Of a stretch of DNA of 64,000 nt, positions 14,559 to 26,283 are shown piece by piece. The DNA comes from Eledone cirrhosa. Taxonomy: Eukaryota. The stretch spans positions 141,980,001 to 142,044,000 of the forward strand of contig OZ024741.1 in NCBI GenBank assembly GCA_964016885.1. The letters are read 5' to 3'. The position numbers and the translations under genes were made by a program. A model generated the notes under the pieces. That model was not told the DNA's origin. It saw only the letters and a program-made list of their open reading frames with translations, and ran no database searches. Positions within the stretch are counted from its first letter, which is position 1; every line of letters begins with the position of its first letter.

Positions 14559-15655
14559 GGGATACATGATATGAAGGTTAAAAAACACTTGTGAATAGTG
14601 AAGTTTTAAATCAACATATGAAAAATAATTTAAGATTGATGTGTGATATTGGGAAAAAATGAGGGGAGTTGGAAGGGTAAGAAAGAGGAGGAGATGAGAG
14701 TAGAGAATGGTGGGGGAGGAGTATAAGAAGGAAGGATGAGAGGAGGAGAGAAAAATATATATTGTCTCACAGAGAGAAGTTAAAAATCCGTTGGAAGATA
14801 ATAGATCATTTAAAAGAATTTGAAAAAGTTGATGAGGAGAAAAAGGGGTTAAGAATAATATTAAATTAAGGTTTGTATATTGAAGGATTTAATAATATGT
14901 GCGAGGAAAAGAAATTGTTAATATGTATTATTAAAGTAAAAGTATTAATGTTATTAAGGATATAATGTGAAAAGAAGTAGAAGAGTGGATGAGTTATGAA
15001 TTTAGATGAATTAGTTAGTGTTTAAGTTTGTTTTTATGTAATGTAATATGTGTGCGTAATATATGTAAATAGTTTGTTTACAAATGAGCGCAGAAAGCAA
15101 AGAAGAAAAGAATTATTTAAGGAAGAAAAAAATATCTAACATCAAAATATATATGTTTACGAAATATTTTCTAATGGTAATAATATAATATATTAAAGGA
15201 AAATAGTTAGGGTTTAAGTTTGTTTTTATGTATTGTAATATGTAATATGTAAAAGTCAAACGAGCATGAAAGGAAGAGATGAGGAACTAAAGGAAGTAAA
15301 GTCTAACGTCAAAAAATGTTTATGCTTACGAAGGATTATTAAAGGTAATACTATAATGTATTTAAAAGATAATAATAATTTTTATGGCCAATGATATGAA
15401 GAGTGGATAGGTTGTGGTGAGTAGTAATAAGAATTGAGAAGTAGTTAGGAAGAAAAAGTACAGATTAGAGGTTAGAAATTAAAAAGTAAAAAGAAAAGAG
15501 GAAGAAAGGAAAGTGATAAAGAGGAATGATATAGAATGAGTAACTTGTATTATATAATGTATAATAAATAATATTGAAATAAGGGTATATTTAAAAAATA
15601 TATATATATATAAGCCTTTGAGAAAAAGGATTTTAAACTAGTAAAGTATTAGATA

Positions 15656-16460
15656 TTAGCTGTATACTTTATGGAATGTTCTGTGGAATTTATGCAAGCA
15701 GAGAGAAAATAAATCAGTGCGTCTATTTATTATAGAATCTAAATTAGATATAATGGTAAATTTCTCAGATAGGCAAAGATTACACGTTCTGGATAGGAAG
15801 GCATTCAAGTAGGGAGAGGCAGAACAAACTTTCCTCCAAGAGATGTTATAGTTAATATTTTTGTCTTTCAAGGACCATATGAGTTCTGAGAGTGCCGTGT
15901 TAGTTCTTTTAAGTTGGTATCTAAAAGACGAATTGTGATTATAAAATCTCACTTTGAAGGAGGTGGAAGTGGAACCGAAATAGGTAAAGGCATTGGTATC
16001 AGTTATAACTTTACATTCATAGACTAAGTTTTTTTCAAGACAATGGTTATTGAGAGGACATTTAGTTTTAACAGGGCAATTACAATTGCGATTAGAGAAA
16101 TTAACAGAGTTATTAACAAGTGACCTAGTGTTATTTATAGGATGAATTGGATTGGAGAAGTTATTTACGATAGGAATAATAGTTTCCTGATTTAGATTGG
16201 TATTATGAACATTCAACGAAGTTACGTTTGACATCGTATTTGAGTTTGCAGAATCTAGCCTAGAGTTAACAATGACGTCGGGAGTACTACTGCTATTATT
16301 ATGACATTCAGTATTGGAAGGATGTGATTTAATATTTAATATTTTATTGTTGTGTTTAGAGATAATGTTGGAGATGTTGGAGGAGGTGGAATAAGAAAAT
16401 GTTATTGTATGTTTGTTAAATATTTTACTATAGATATGTGAGGGAGGGAAGCATAAAGAA
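15656..16460 (-). pseudogene. Penelope-like GIY-YIG endonuclease domain
   Basis: FPPSHIYSKIFN..FSYS, CNC..KCPLNNHCL..LVY..YFG..FKVRFYNH..TALS..CNLCLSEK..NRRTDL..C.H; frameshifted from the upstream RT part. Confidence 0.9.
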
Positions 16461-16567
16461 TAGTTTAGGTATATTATTATTAATAGAAATAGAGAAAGGA
16501 GCATTATACCAGATTATATTTTTGTATCTAGGTCTTTTATTTAAGTTATTGGAATGATCATAATTAA

Positions 16568-16950
16568 TTATTTTACTGTAAGACCTTCTAGGATTGGTTT
16601 CTTTACTGTATTTAATTTTATCAGATAACCGGCTTTAGAAAGCGCATTATTATAGTAATTGGCGTTAGCATCAAAGATATTTTTATTAGAAGATAGGTTT
16701 GATATTCTTTTTCCAATATTACTAACTATAGCATTTTTAATGTTAGTGGGCTGGTTAGATTTAAAATTAACATAATTTAGATTCTCATTGTTTTTATGGT
16801 AAGGGTAATATAGGCCAGTATCAAGATTAAGGGATATATCCAAGAAGTTAGCTAGTTGGACGTTGTTATCAAATTCGATTTTAAGGTTATGTTGCTTAAA
16901 GAGATCACGTATATTGTTCTTAATAATATTAAGGTTAACTAAATTGCAAT
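16568..16950 (-). pseudogene. Penelope-like RT C-terminal (thumb) fragment
   Basis: NFLDISLNL..G.YYPYHK..Y....SN.P..I...I..RIS..SS...F...YY.NAL.KAGY. Confidence 0.85.
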
Positions 16951-17574
16951 TTAAGATATCTTTCTTCTTCCTTAAACATTCTTTACTTCTTTGCTTTCTG
17001 CGCTCATTTGTAAACAAACTATTTACATATATTACGCATACATATTACATTACATAAAAACAAACTTAAACACTAACTAATTCATCTAAATTCATAACTC
17101 ATCCACTCTTCTACTTCTTTTCACATTATATCCTTAATAACATTAATATTTTTACTTTAATAATGCATATTAACAATTTCTTTGCCTCGCACATATTATT
17201 AAACCCTTCAATATACAAACCTTAATTTAATATTATTCTTAACCCCTTTTTCTCCTCATCAACTTTTTCAAATTCTTTTAAATGATCTATTATCTTCCAA
17301 CGGATTTTTAACTTCTCTCTGTGAGACAGTATATATTTTTCTCAGTTGTAAAGGCTATCTCTCTCTCTCTATCACCCATCTCTCCTCCTCTCTCATCCTT
17401 CCTTCTTATACTCCTCCTCCACCATTCTCTACTCTCATCTCCTCCTCTTTCTTACCCTTTCAACCCCCCTCATTTTTTTTCCCAATATCACACATCAATC
17501 TTAAATTATTTTTCATATGTTGATTTAAAACTTCACTATTCACAAGTGTTTTTAACCTTCATATCATGTATCCC

Positions 17575-17642
17575 TATTTTATCTGATGAAAACGCAGATA
17601 TCATCTCATGATATTTGTTTTTGAAATGCGCATAATAAAATA
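17575..17642 (+). ncRNA. Type I hammerhead ribozyme with palindromic stem III
   Basis: TATTTTAT CTGATGA [AAACGCAGATATCAT-CTC-ATGATATTTGTTTTT] GAAA TGCGCA TA ATAAAATA: 8-bp stem I, intact core, AUA cleavage triplet. Confidence 0.88.
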
Positions 17643-18230
17643 CTTGGAACTCTTTTAACCATCTTTTGATCTTATATTATTTATACTCCAGTCCTACAAA
17701 CTGTAGAGTGCTACTTATCCGATATTTGCATTGCTTTATTGTGCTACAATAAAACTCACCTCCTACATAGAAATGACTTTTACAGTTCTACAGGACTAGA
17801 ATTGTTTCATTCATTTATTAAACCTATCGATAATTCATTAGATTCCTTCATATGACTGCTTATAACTCTCCTAAAAAGATTTTTTCTTGAAAACTTTTCT
17901 TGATAAACGTACTGAAAGATTTGAAGAAGGAGTTTTATTGAAAATGCCTATGATGGGTATAATTCATAATTCATATTTTATACTGTGTGTTTTTTTTTTA
18001 TTATAATTCATTTTTTAAATTATAATTCATATTTTATATTGTATATTTTGTATTTATGTATTTCTCAAATGCTTTATATATATATTATATATATATATTA
18101 AGCATTTGAGAAATACATAAATACAAAATATATAATATATGTGTGTGTGTGTATATATATATAAATATATATAAATGTTTATATATATATAAAATTTATA
18201 CTTTAAATATATTCATTAGATATCTCTACA

Positions 18231-18296
18231 TCTAAGGCGGGTAAAATTCCCGAGATCTATGGACGAGTTCTCTCCAGCGGTCTCTGTCCCTCATTA
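18231..18296 (-). mobile_element. 66-bp 3'-terminal fragment of the 7660-10239 RTE family
   Basis: Near-identical to the reverse complement of ~10175-10240. Confidence 0.9.
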
Positions 18297-19097
18297 AGAG
18301 TGATTTAGATATATTTCTATGAAAGAATTTTTAAATGTTAACACGTTATAGCAAACAAATTTATGTTTTTAGCAGTCACAAATGTATAACATCTTAACTT
18401 TATAGCATTTAATCCTTAGAGCTATCTAAATTATTAATAAATCGCTAGCAATTTCCTTTACGCTCTACTGCTTTTACAAATAAGGGATTATTCTTCTGTA
18501 AACTCTCGGAATTTCCATGAGCTTAGAAATATTCGGATATTTTAAAAATTAATAATTAATAAAATTATATATGGTTTTGTAATAATAACATATTTTCTAA
18601 TAATATATATTTTAATAATATATATTCTTTAATAATATATAGGTCTCATCTTTAATAATCTAACATACACATTTAAACATTTAAACTACGGATTGAATTG
18701 ATAAATTATTAATTAAGCATTTAATCAAATTTATTAATTAAACATTAGATAAAATTCTTCAACTTATCTTTATTATTGTTTATCCATGCTACGGTATTCA
18801 TCCACGCTATATTTATTTCTTCGCCTCTTCTCTCAAAATTACGCTATTCTCTCTCACTTAAATATACTGAGGTTTTTTCTCTTTCTTTCTTTCGTTTTTT
18901 CTCTTTTTTCTCTTTCTTTTTTTTTCCCTATTCCAACGGCTTAATTTAAATATACTGTTATTTAAACCTTTCCGGCACTAATTTGCATAATAGACCAACA
19001 ATAAATGTAATAACTCCACTATCCAGGAGATTCCAACCAGAATGGTTGCATTTTTTCAGGGTATGTCAATATTTATTTATAAAACTAACCTATATTA

Positions 19098-19163
19098 TAT
19101 TTTATCTGATGAAAGCGCACCATAGTTTGCCTTGGTGGCCCTTGAAATATGTATAATGAAATA
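19098..19163 (+). ncRNA. Type I hammerhead ribozyme-like motif, relative of 17575
   Basis: TATTTTAT CTGATGA [AAGCGCACCA..TGGTGGCCCTT] GAAA TATGTA TA ATGAAATA. Confidence 0.7.
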
Positions 19164-19348
19164 AATATGGTTTTATAAATATAGTTTCCATTTGTTAATA
19201 TATTGTATATTTACTCCAATAATTTGTTGAGTGCTTTATATCAGTTATAAAAATATTTTGCTTGTTGTATCCCAACAAATTAAATATAACTTCTATATAT
19301 ATATATATATATTGTTATACTTGGGGAGGGTCATGTTGTTGTAATAAT

Positions 19349-19533
19349 TGTTTCTACTTTTTGGCACAAGGCCAGCAATTACCCAGTGCATTACTGGTAC
19401 TTTATTTTATCGACCTCGTAAGGATAAAAGGCAAAGTTAACCTCGGCGGGATTTGAACTCAGAATGGCAAGGGCCGTAACTCTATGCGTCAAAGCATGGC
19501 GTCCGACTCTCTACCGATACTGCCAATCCACCA
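19349..19533 (-). mobile_element. SINE family A with probable 9-bp TSD TGTAATAAT
   Basis: Near-identical to 1-185; TGTAATAAT at 19340-19348 and 19534-19542. Confidence 0.85.
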
Positions 19534-19785
19534 TGTAATAATATTGCCAGAAATAATAACAGAACACACTCACTGTTTGGTTGGTTTTCGCTTCTGTATA
19601 TTTTATATCTCCACACTTAATTCATTCAGTCCTCAATGTTTAGCATTGACTGACCAATGGTTAAAAATGCAGATATAATATAGATATAAACACATATATA
19701 TATAGTCTAACAAAGTTCTTTAGTTGCACATCTGCAACATCATCAGTAGTACTATTATGTTCCTCCTGTTGTATTGTATATTTAC

Positions 19786-19821
<36 letters not shown>

Positions 19822-20119
19822 TACAAAGAATGTGCTCAAGCACAGAAGTGCTATAAAATTGGGTGAAGACCCATAAAAGACAAAAAGAGCCACCGCTTTG
19901 AGGAAATTAACCCCATATCTTCTGGATGCCGGCTAGACAGCATTCTTCTCATGATTTTAATTAGTTAGCTGGACAGCACCTTTCAGGCTGACAGACATCC
20001 CTATGCAAACAAGCAATGTACGAAGCCGAATTTTCGCTTTTAGCGGTCGTTGGCAACTTCTTTTATATAAGCTGTCTTAATTGCACTTCGGCGCTTGAGC
20101 ACTTCTTTTATACTTATGT

Positions 20120-20179
20120 AAAGGGGTATATATCCTTGATAACCGCTAAGCAGTGAGAAACGCGTCGGTTGTTCCCTTT
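20120..20179 (+). ncRNA. Hammerhead ribozyme, U3:A8 core variant
   Basis: AAAGGGG..ATCC TTGATAA C-CGCT-AAGC-AGTG-A GAAA CGCG TC GG..TTCCCTTT. Confidence 0.65.
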
Positions 20180-20294
20180 AGCTTTTGCTGAAGCTAGGTG
20201 TGTGATTATAGTCACTACCCTAAATTCATAGCGAAAGGCCTTCAAAATGTTTTAAAATAAATATATAGTATATCATTAAATATACAATACGTAC

Positions 20295-20325
<31 letters not shown>

Positions 20326-20715
20326 TAAAAACACACAGATACATGCGGACACACACATATATACATGAATGCATCCGCACCCAACTGTGAGTTAAGGGTG
20401 CCAACTTCACCGATGTTGCTCAATGAATGACTGGGACAGACCAATTCAGTTTGAACCAGACTGAACCAGTATCAGAGTTAAAAATACATTATGAAGAGAG
20501 AAGAAACATTTAGATATAATTAGTAATAAAATGTATCATACCTAAACTGTTCCTAAATTCCTCGACTACGTAGTTTCGTGGCATAAACAAAAACAATATA
20601 TCAAAGATATAGAGTCCTTGCGAGGTCTGCCGACTTATGACTATCTCCCCCTCCGCCTTTTGGGATTCTTTCTCACGTCGTGTAGACGCGTTCTTGAGAC
20701 TAGTAAAATGAGGTA

Positions 20716-20803
20716 TCCTCTTGATAAGTCGGCAGACCTCGCAAGGACTCTATATCTTTGATATATTGTTTTTGTTTATGCCACGAAACTACGTAGTCGA
20801 GGA
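20716..20803 (+). ncRNA. Hammerhead ribozyme, U3:A8 variant with long stem II
   Basis: TCCTC TTGATAA [GTCGGCAGAC...GTTTATGCCAC] GAAA CTACGTAG TC GAGGA. Confidence 0.75.
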
Positions 20804-21306
20804 ATTTAGGAACAGTTTAGGTATGATACATTTTATTACTAATTATATCTAAATGTTTCTTCTCTCTTCATAATGTATTTTTAACTCTGATACTGGTTCA
20901 GTCTGGTTCAAACTGAATTGGTCTGTCCCAGTCATTCATTGAGCAACATCGGTGAAGTTGGCACCCTTAACTCACAGTTGGGTGCGGATGCATTCATGTA
21001 TATATGTGTGTGTCCGCATGTATCTGTGTGTTTTTAAATATATTAATAACTCCCTCTGGTCGAGCAATCTTTGAAGTGTGGGGGCAACTGGAAAGCTTCC
21101 ATTACTCATACTTCTCGCCTTCTTCACTACCTCTTCTACGGCCTCGATATGAATACCCCCTCCGCCTCCGTGGTATTTTCTTCGTGGTTATAAGAGGCTT
21201 AGCTCTGTTTCTCGACCGTTATATCGCGTGACTATCTCCCCCTCCGCCTTTTGGGATTCTTTCTCACGTCGTGTAGACGCGTTCTTGAGACTAGTAAAAT
21301 GAGGTA

Positions 21307-21394
21307 TCCTCTTGATAAGTCGGCAGACCTCGCAAGGACTCTATATCTTTGATATATTGTTTTTGTTTATGCCACGAAACTACGTAGTCGAGGA
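21307..21394 (+). ncRNA. Second identical copy of the U3:A8 hammerhead
   Basis: Same sequence as 20716-20803. Confidence 0.75.
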
Positions 21395-21464
21395 ATTTAG
21401 GAACAGTTTAGGTATGATACATTTTATTACTAATTATATCTAAATGTTTCTTCTCTCTTCATAA

Positions 21465-21496
<32 letters not shown>

Positions 21497-22038
21497 CATA
21501 TATACATATTACGTGTTAATTCCTCCCTCCGCCTTTCAAGATTTTCTCATTTACTACGAACGCGTCAAGAAACAGTCCTTTTTTCTGAGGGATCTCTTGA
21601 TAATCTGTATGAACCTCACAACGATGGTGATACTGGGTTTGCTTTTGAGATGCATTTCGCAATTGATCATCTCAAGGTTCGATCTGTATCGATCGGGCCC
21701 GACCCTGGAATCAATAGTCTGAATTCAAATCCCTTCGAGTTGAACTTTGCCTTTCATCCTTTCGTGCAAAGTAAATAATTGTTTCTACTTTAGGCACAAG
21801 GCCAGCAATTACCCAGTACATTACTGGTACTTTATTTTATCGACCCCGTAAGGATGAAAAGCAAAGTTAACCTCGGTGGGATTTGAACTCAGACTGTAAA
21901 TGGGCGTAACTATGCTAGAAAAACATGGCATCCAACCCTCTACCAATACTGCCAATCCACCGCCCTCGTGCTCAGTAAATAATGTACTAATACCATATTG
22001 GGTTTCGATTTTTATTCGATAACTCTTTCTCTCTCTCT

Positions 22039-22073
<35 letters not shown>

Positions 22074-22729
22074 TCTCTCTATCTTAAAACGGTTTAGAGA
22101 AGGATGGATTCCACCAGATTTAAATATGCCGAAGTCACGACAACGCTGCTACGACTTCATTAGCAATGATAGGTAGATGCATACATGTATGGGTGGATAG
22201 ATGGAATTTTTCTCGACCGCATAGACCACTTGTTTTCCACTATCATAATGGGTATACATCTGTTGTTGTACTGCTGAGAAATATTAATGAGATAATATTG
22301 ATATTCGAATACTCCATTTATCGAATGTACTTATTCACACCCATAAAATTGAAACGTACTTAAAAATAAAATTCTGAAAACCACTTTAAGTATGTTTTCA
22401 TGAGCTTTTATGAAAGATGATAGATAACATCATTCCGGTGAATTTCTGAAGTTTCCATGCGCTGGGGGTTATCCAGTGTACAATATAAAAACGTTGGTGA
22501 TGCTGGTGGTGGTACTGATGAGAGAAAAAACAATTCATAGAAAAGAAATACTAAGGAAATCGATTTTTTTTTTTTCAAATCTATATTAAAGTATTAATCT
22601 TTCCTTTAAAATTGTTATTATTGATGTTTTAAGAAAAAACAAATATTTTTTTAATGTTATTTTGCAAAGTAAAGATATAGGCCTTTAAGATTTTGGTTTC
22701 AATTTCCGTTTATTACAGATACACGTGTG

Positions 22730-23020
22730 CTGGACCTCCAGCCTTTTCGACGATGAATATTATAGTTTTCTGATCAACGGAACAGCCTCCTCGTAAATTA
22801 TAATGTGCAAGTGGTTGAACAACCAGTAGAACATTGTTTGTAGTCAGGTTCAGCGTAATACAGAGTGTAACAATGCTAGCCATTTTAAATTACTGGTAAA
22901 ACATATTTTTTCTAGCTAAGAATAATGGAGCAACGTGAAATAAAACGTCTTGTTGAAGAACACAATGCACCAACGGCACTCAGACTTAAGACATTACGAT
23001 CTAAGCCACGCGTCTTCACG
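22730..23020 (-). mobile_element. CORE-like SINE family B
   Basis: GATCAACGGAACAGCC..GGAGCAACGTGAAATAAA..CTAAGCCACGCG. Confidence 0.75.
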
Positions 23021-23434
23021 CTGATACACATAATGTACGCAGATATGAACCTTCATAACCACCTTGCTAGAATACATGATGTTTCCGACATTTTCTGAAT
23101 CAGGCCCTTGACTCCTGATGGGCTCAGTTATTTTGGGAATTTAAATCTATTGGAGCCCATCCCTCTCCAGGTCGAAACACAACCAATTTCTTGCAGAGCA
23201 AGAGTGGAGAAAGTGAGAAGGACAAAGTGAAAAGTAGAGATAGGAGATGAATAGACCTGGTACTGGGCTGGTACTTTATTTATCGACTTCGAAAGGAAGA
23301 AAAGAAAGTAAGGGCGACCTCATCAGAATTTTAATTCAGAGCACAGATAATAGGGATAAATAATGCCTGTATCTTCTGAGTATGTATGTATGTATGTATG
23401 TATGTATGTGTATGTATGTATGTATGTATGTAGA

Positions 23435-24285
23435 CATATGCAAGAAGACAAAGGTAAAGGTGTACAAGGCATGTGTGCTCTCTTCTCTTCTTTATGCCTG
23501 CGAGACCTGGATCACATATCGACACTACCTTAAACATTTGGAGCGTTTCCATCAGATGTGTCTCAGGCGGATCCATGGCATTCACTAGAGGGACCACATC
23601 AGTGATGTCGAGATTTTGGAAAGCTCTCTGTGTGACAGTATAGAAACTCTTGTGCTTAAGCAAAGACCCCGTTGGAGTGGTCACCTTGCCAGGATGAAGG
23701 ATTCTAGAATACCAAAACAACTCTTTTATGGAGAGTTAGTTAAAAGAAAACCACCTCCACATAAACCAAAAAAGAGGTATAAGGATTCCTTGAAAGCGTC
23801 TTTGAAAGACGCTAACATCTCTGGGAAAATGTTGCTGCTGATCGTAATAAATGGAGAAAGACTGTATATGAGGGGAAATTTGCCTTTGAGGCATCTCGAA
23901 TCGCATACGAGAAAGTAAAGCGGGATGTGAGGAAGGGCATTACTGTTGCATTTCCAGACGGCGAAGGTCCTCCTATGGAGCTTACATGCAGCGTCTGTGC
24001 GAGACTCTGCCTAAGCAAAGCTCAACTCGAAAGTTATCTTCGCAGTCATAAAGGGAGAGCAGTGATTGCCTACCAGGCTGCTGTTGGAGATGCTCCTCAT
24101 CATGCTTGCCAAGCATGTGGCAGAGAATGTAAATCAGCAGGGGGGCTCAAACGACATGCAAAAGTACATGAACTCCAACCACAGCCGGCAATCCCCAGTG
24201 AATGTGTTGGTTGCCAACTCTGTGCAAGACATTTTAGATCATTGGCTGGGCTAAAAAGCCACATTCGATCGCTGCATGTTAATTG
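23435..24285 (+). pseudogene. RTE (BovB-like) LINE 3' part with three C2H2 zinc fingers
   Basis: TKVKVYKACVLSSLLYACETW..LERFHQMCLRRI, RWSGHLARMKDSRIPKQLFYGEL, followed by CxxC..H fingers; contains stops and frameshifts. Confidence 0.88.
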
Positions 24286-24367
24286 CTATCGTGTGTGTGT
24301 GTGTGTGTGTGTAGATATGTTTATGTGTGTGTGTATATATATATGTGTGTGTATATTATTATTGTTG

Positions 24368-24555
24368 TGGATTGGCAGTATCGGTAGAGGGTCGGACGCC
24401 ATGCTTTCCAGCATAGTTACGTCCCTTTACGATCCGAGTTCAAATCCCGCCGAGGTTGACTTTGCCTTTCATCCTCACGGGGTCGATAAAATAAAGTACC
24501 AGTAATGCACTGGGTAATTGCTGGCCTTGTGCCTAAAGTAGAAACAATTATTGTT
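24368..24555 (+). mobile_element. SINE family A
   Basis: TGGCAGTATCGG..GAGTTCAAATCC..AAAGTAGAAACAATTATT. Confidence 0.85.
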
Positions 24556-24669
24556 GTTTACCTTGTGCCAAAAGTAGAAACAATTATTATTGTTGTTGTT
24601 GTTGTTATGGGGGGTTCTCGTGCAATGGCCATACTCGATAACGAGGGGGTAGCCATCATGTATGTATGG

Positions 24670-25457
24670 TGCAGGCGAGGAATCACAGTGAAGACAAAGG
24701 TGAGAGTGTATGCGGCTTGTGTACTGTCAGCATTGTTGTATGCGTGTGAGACATGGGTTGTCTACAAACGGCATATCCAAAGACTAGAAAGATTTCAACA
24801 GCAGTGTCTCAGAAAGATGCTCAGTATCAAGTGGCAGATGCATGTGAATGATGTTGAGGTCCTTGGGAGAAGTGAGTGTCGGAGCATTGAGAGTATCATC
24901 CACCAACGACGTTTGCGATGAACGGGACACCTCTGCAGAATGAAGGATGATCGAATAACGAAACAACTTTTGTATGGTGAGCTTTGTAATGGTAAGAGTC
25001 CACATCACAAACCAAGGCTCCTATTTAAGGATTGTGCAAAGGACACATTGAAAAAGGCTGGTTTGATGGTGACTGACTGGGAGATAGAAGCTCTTGAAAG
25101 AGAAACTTGACGTGGAATGGTGAATAATGGGTCCATAATTTTGAGGATAGACGCATAGAGCACGAGAAGATCAAACGAGATGTGCGTAAGCAATATCCTG
25201 GTGTATCTCTCGAAACGATCGGTGTCTCCGTTGAATTGAAATGCCCTGAATATAGAAAATTTTGCTTGAGCAAATCTGGTCTCAGGAGCTACAGTCGCAG
25301 AGAACCAGTGAATTATGATCTCCACGGTATTGTGAAGGTTCACAGGTCACCTGATGCAAGACCTAAGGCCAAGGAGATCCATAGTTGTCGTCAATGTGCG
25401 AAGAAGTGCAAGTCTCTAGCAGGCTTGAAAAGCCATATCCGAGCGTCACACATCTGA
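24670..25457 (+). pseudogene. Second RTE (BovB-like) LINE 3' part with C2H2 finger(s)
   Basis: TKVRVYAACVLSALLYACETW..LERFQQQCLR..KQLLYGEL; terminal CRQCAKKCKSLAGLKSHIRASH. Confidence 0.85.
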
Positions 25458-26223
25458 ATCTGACATGTGTATATTTATGTGTGTATGTGTGTATTTATGT
25501 GTGTATGCAGGACTAAAAACAAAACCTGTCAAAGGGCAAAGGAGCTCTTAAGAGTCAATGGCCATCCAAAATCAGTGGGAGAGATGACCCCTTAGCCTTT
25601 GTCAAGGCAGAATTCTAGGAGAAGGAAAACTCTGATATAACACCTGCAACCCTGATGGTATCCAATGATGTTGACTTGTTCTTCTTTTTGGTAAATATCA
25701 TCTTGGTTAAGCGAGTGGGACTGGCTTTGTGCAGTGCCTTTGCTCACTATAAAAGCTTCACAGCACAGGCATTGCTTTATATCTGGAGATCTCCCTGCAC
25801 TTGTCGTCACATGATACCATGGGCCCAGCACTAAGTGTCAATAATTGTCACAAGTGTAGTGTTTGTACCAGAGTTTTCAAGTCGCTCGCTGGACTAAAAA
25901 GTCACACTCGTTCAGCACATCGGTAGGGGTTCTCCTACATGGAGTAGTGGCCATACTCGAAAACGAGTTGGCAGCCACCATGTATGTATGTATGTATGTA
26001 TGTATGTATGTCGGGTCACTCTTGAGTGCTACTGGTAACATGTAACCCAGTACAACCTGTCGCATGGTAGGCGACTAAACCGGCAACCCCACCAAGTTTA
26101 CTTGGTGAAGAGGGTGATTTTGGGACACCCTGCAGGACAAAAAACAAAACCTGACAAAGGACGTAACACCTAATAATAGTCAACGACCATCCAAAAATAT
26201 GTATATACATGTATGCATGTGTG

Positions 26224-26283
<60 letters not shown>

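Larger units (their letters stand above)
14450..17690 (-). mobile_element. Penelope-like element (RT thumb, GIY-YIG endonuclease, 3' UTR) with an inverted second 3' arm
   Basis: Minus-strand coding 16950 to 15656; arm 14450-15140 is the reverse complement of ~16953-17680; hammerheads in both arms. Confidence 0.9.
20323..21469 (+). mobile_element. Non-coding hammerhead retroelement (retrozyme-like): 591-bp tandem unit plus inverted arm, (TA)n-flanked
   Basis: 20638-20878 repeats at 21229-21469 (period 591); 20323-20638 is the reverse complement of ~20724-21043. Confidence 0.85.

Noticed and set aside
17893-17930. TTGATAA..GAAA candidate hammerhead
   Set aside because: Poor stem II and G at the cleavage position.
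21635-21680. Minus-strand GAAA-TGCA-TC with TTGA/TCAA stem
   Set aside because: Core ATGATCA is non-canonical and there is no stem II.
22512-22552. CTGATGA..GAAA motif
   Set aside because: No stems II or III.
23927-24505. Host C2H2 zinc-finger gene
   Set aside because: Continuous with RTE RT C-terminal sequence and runs into a microsatellite and a SINE.
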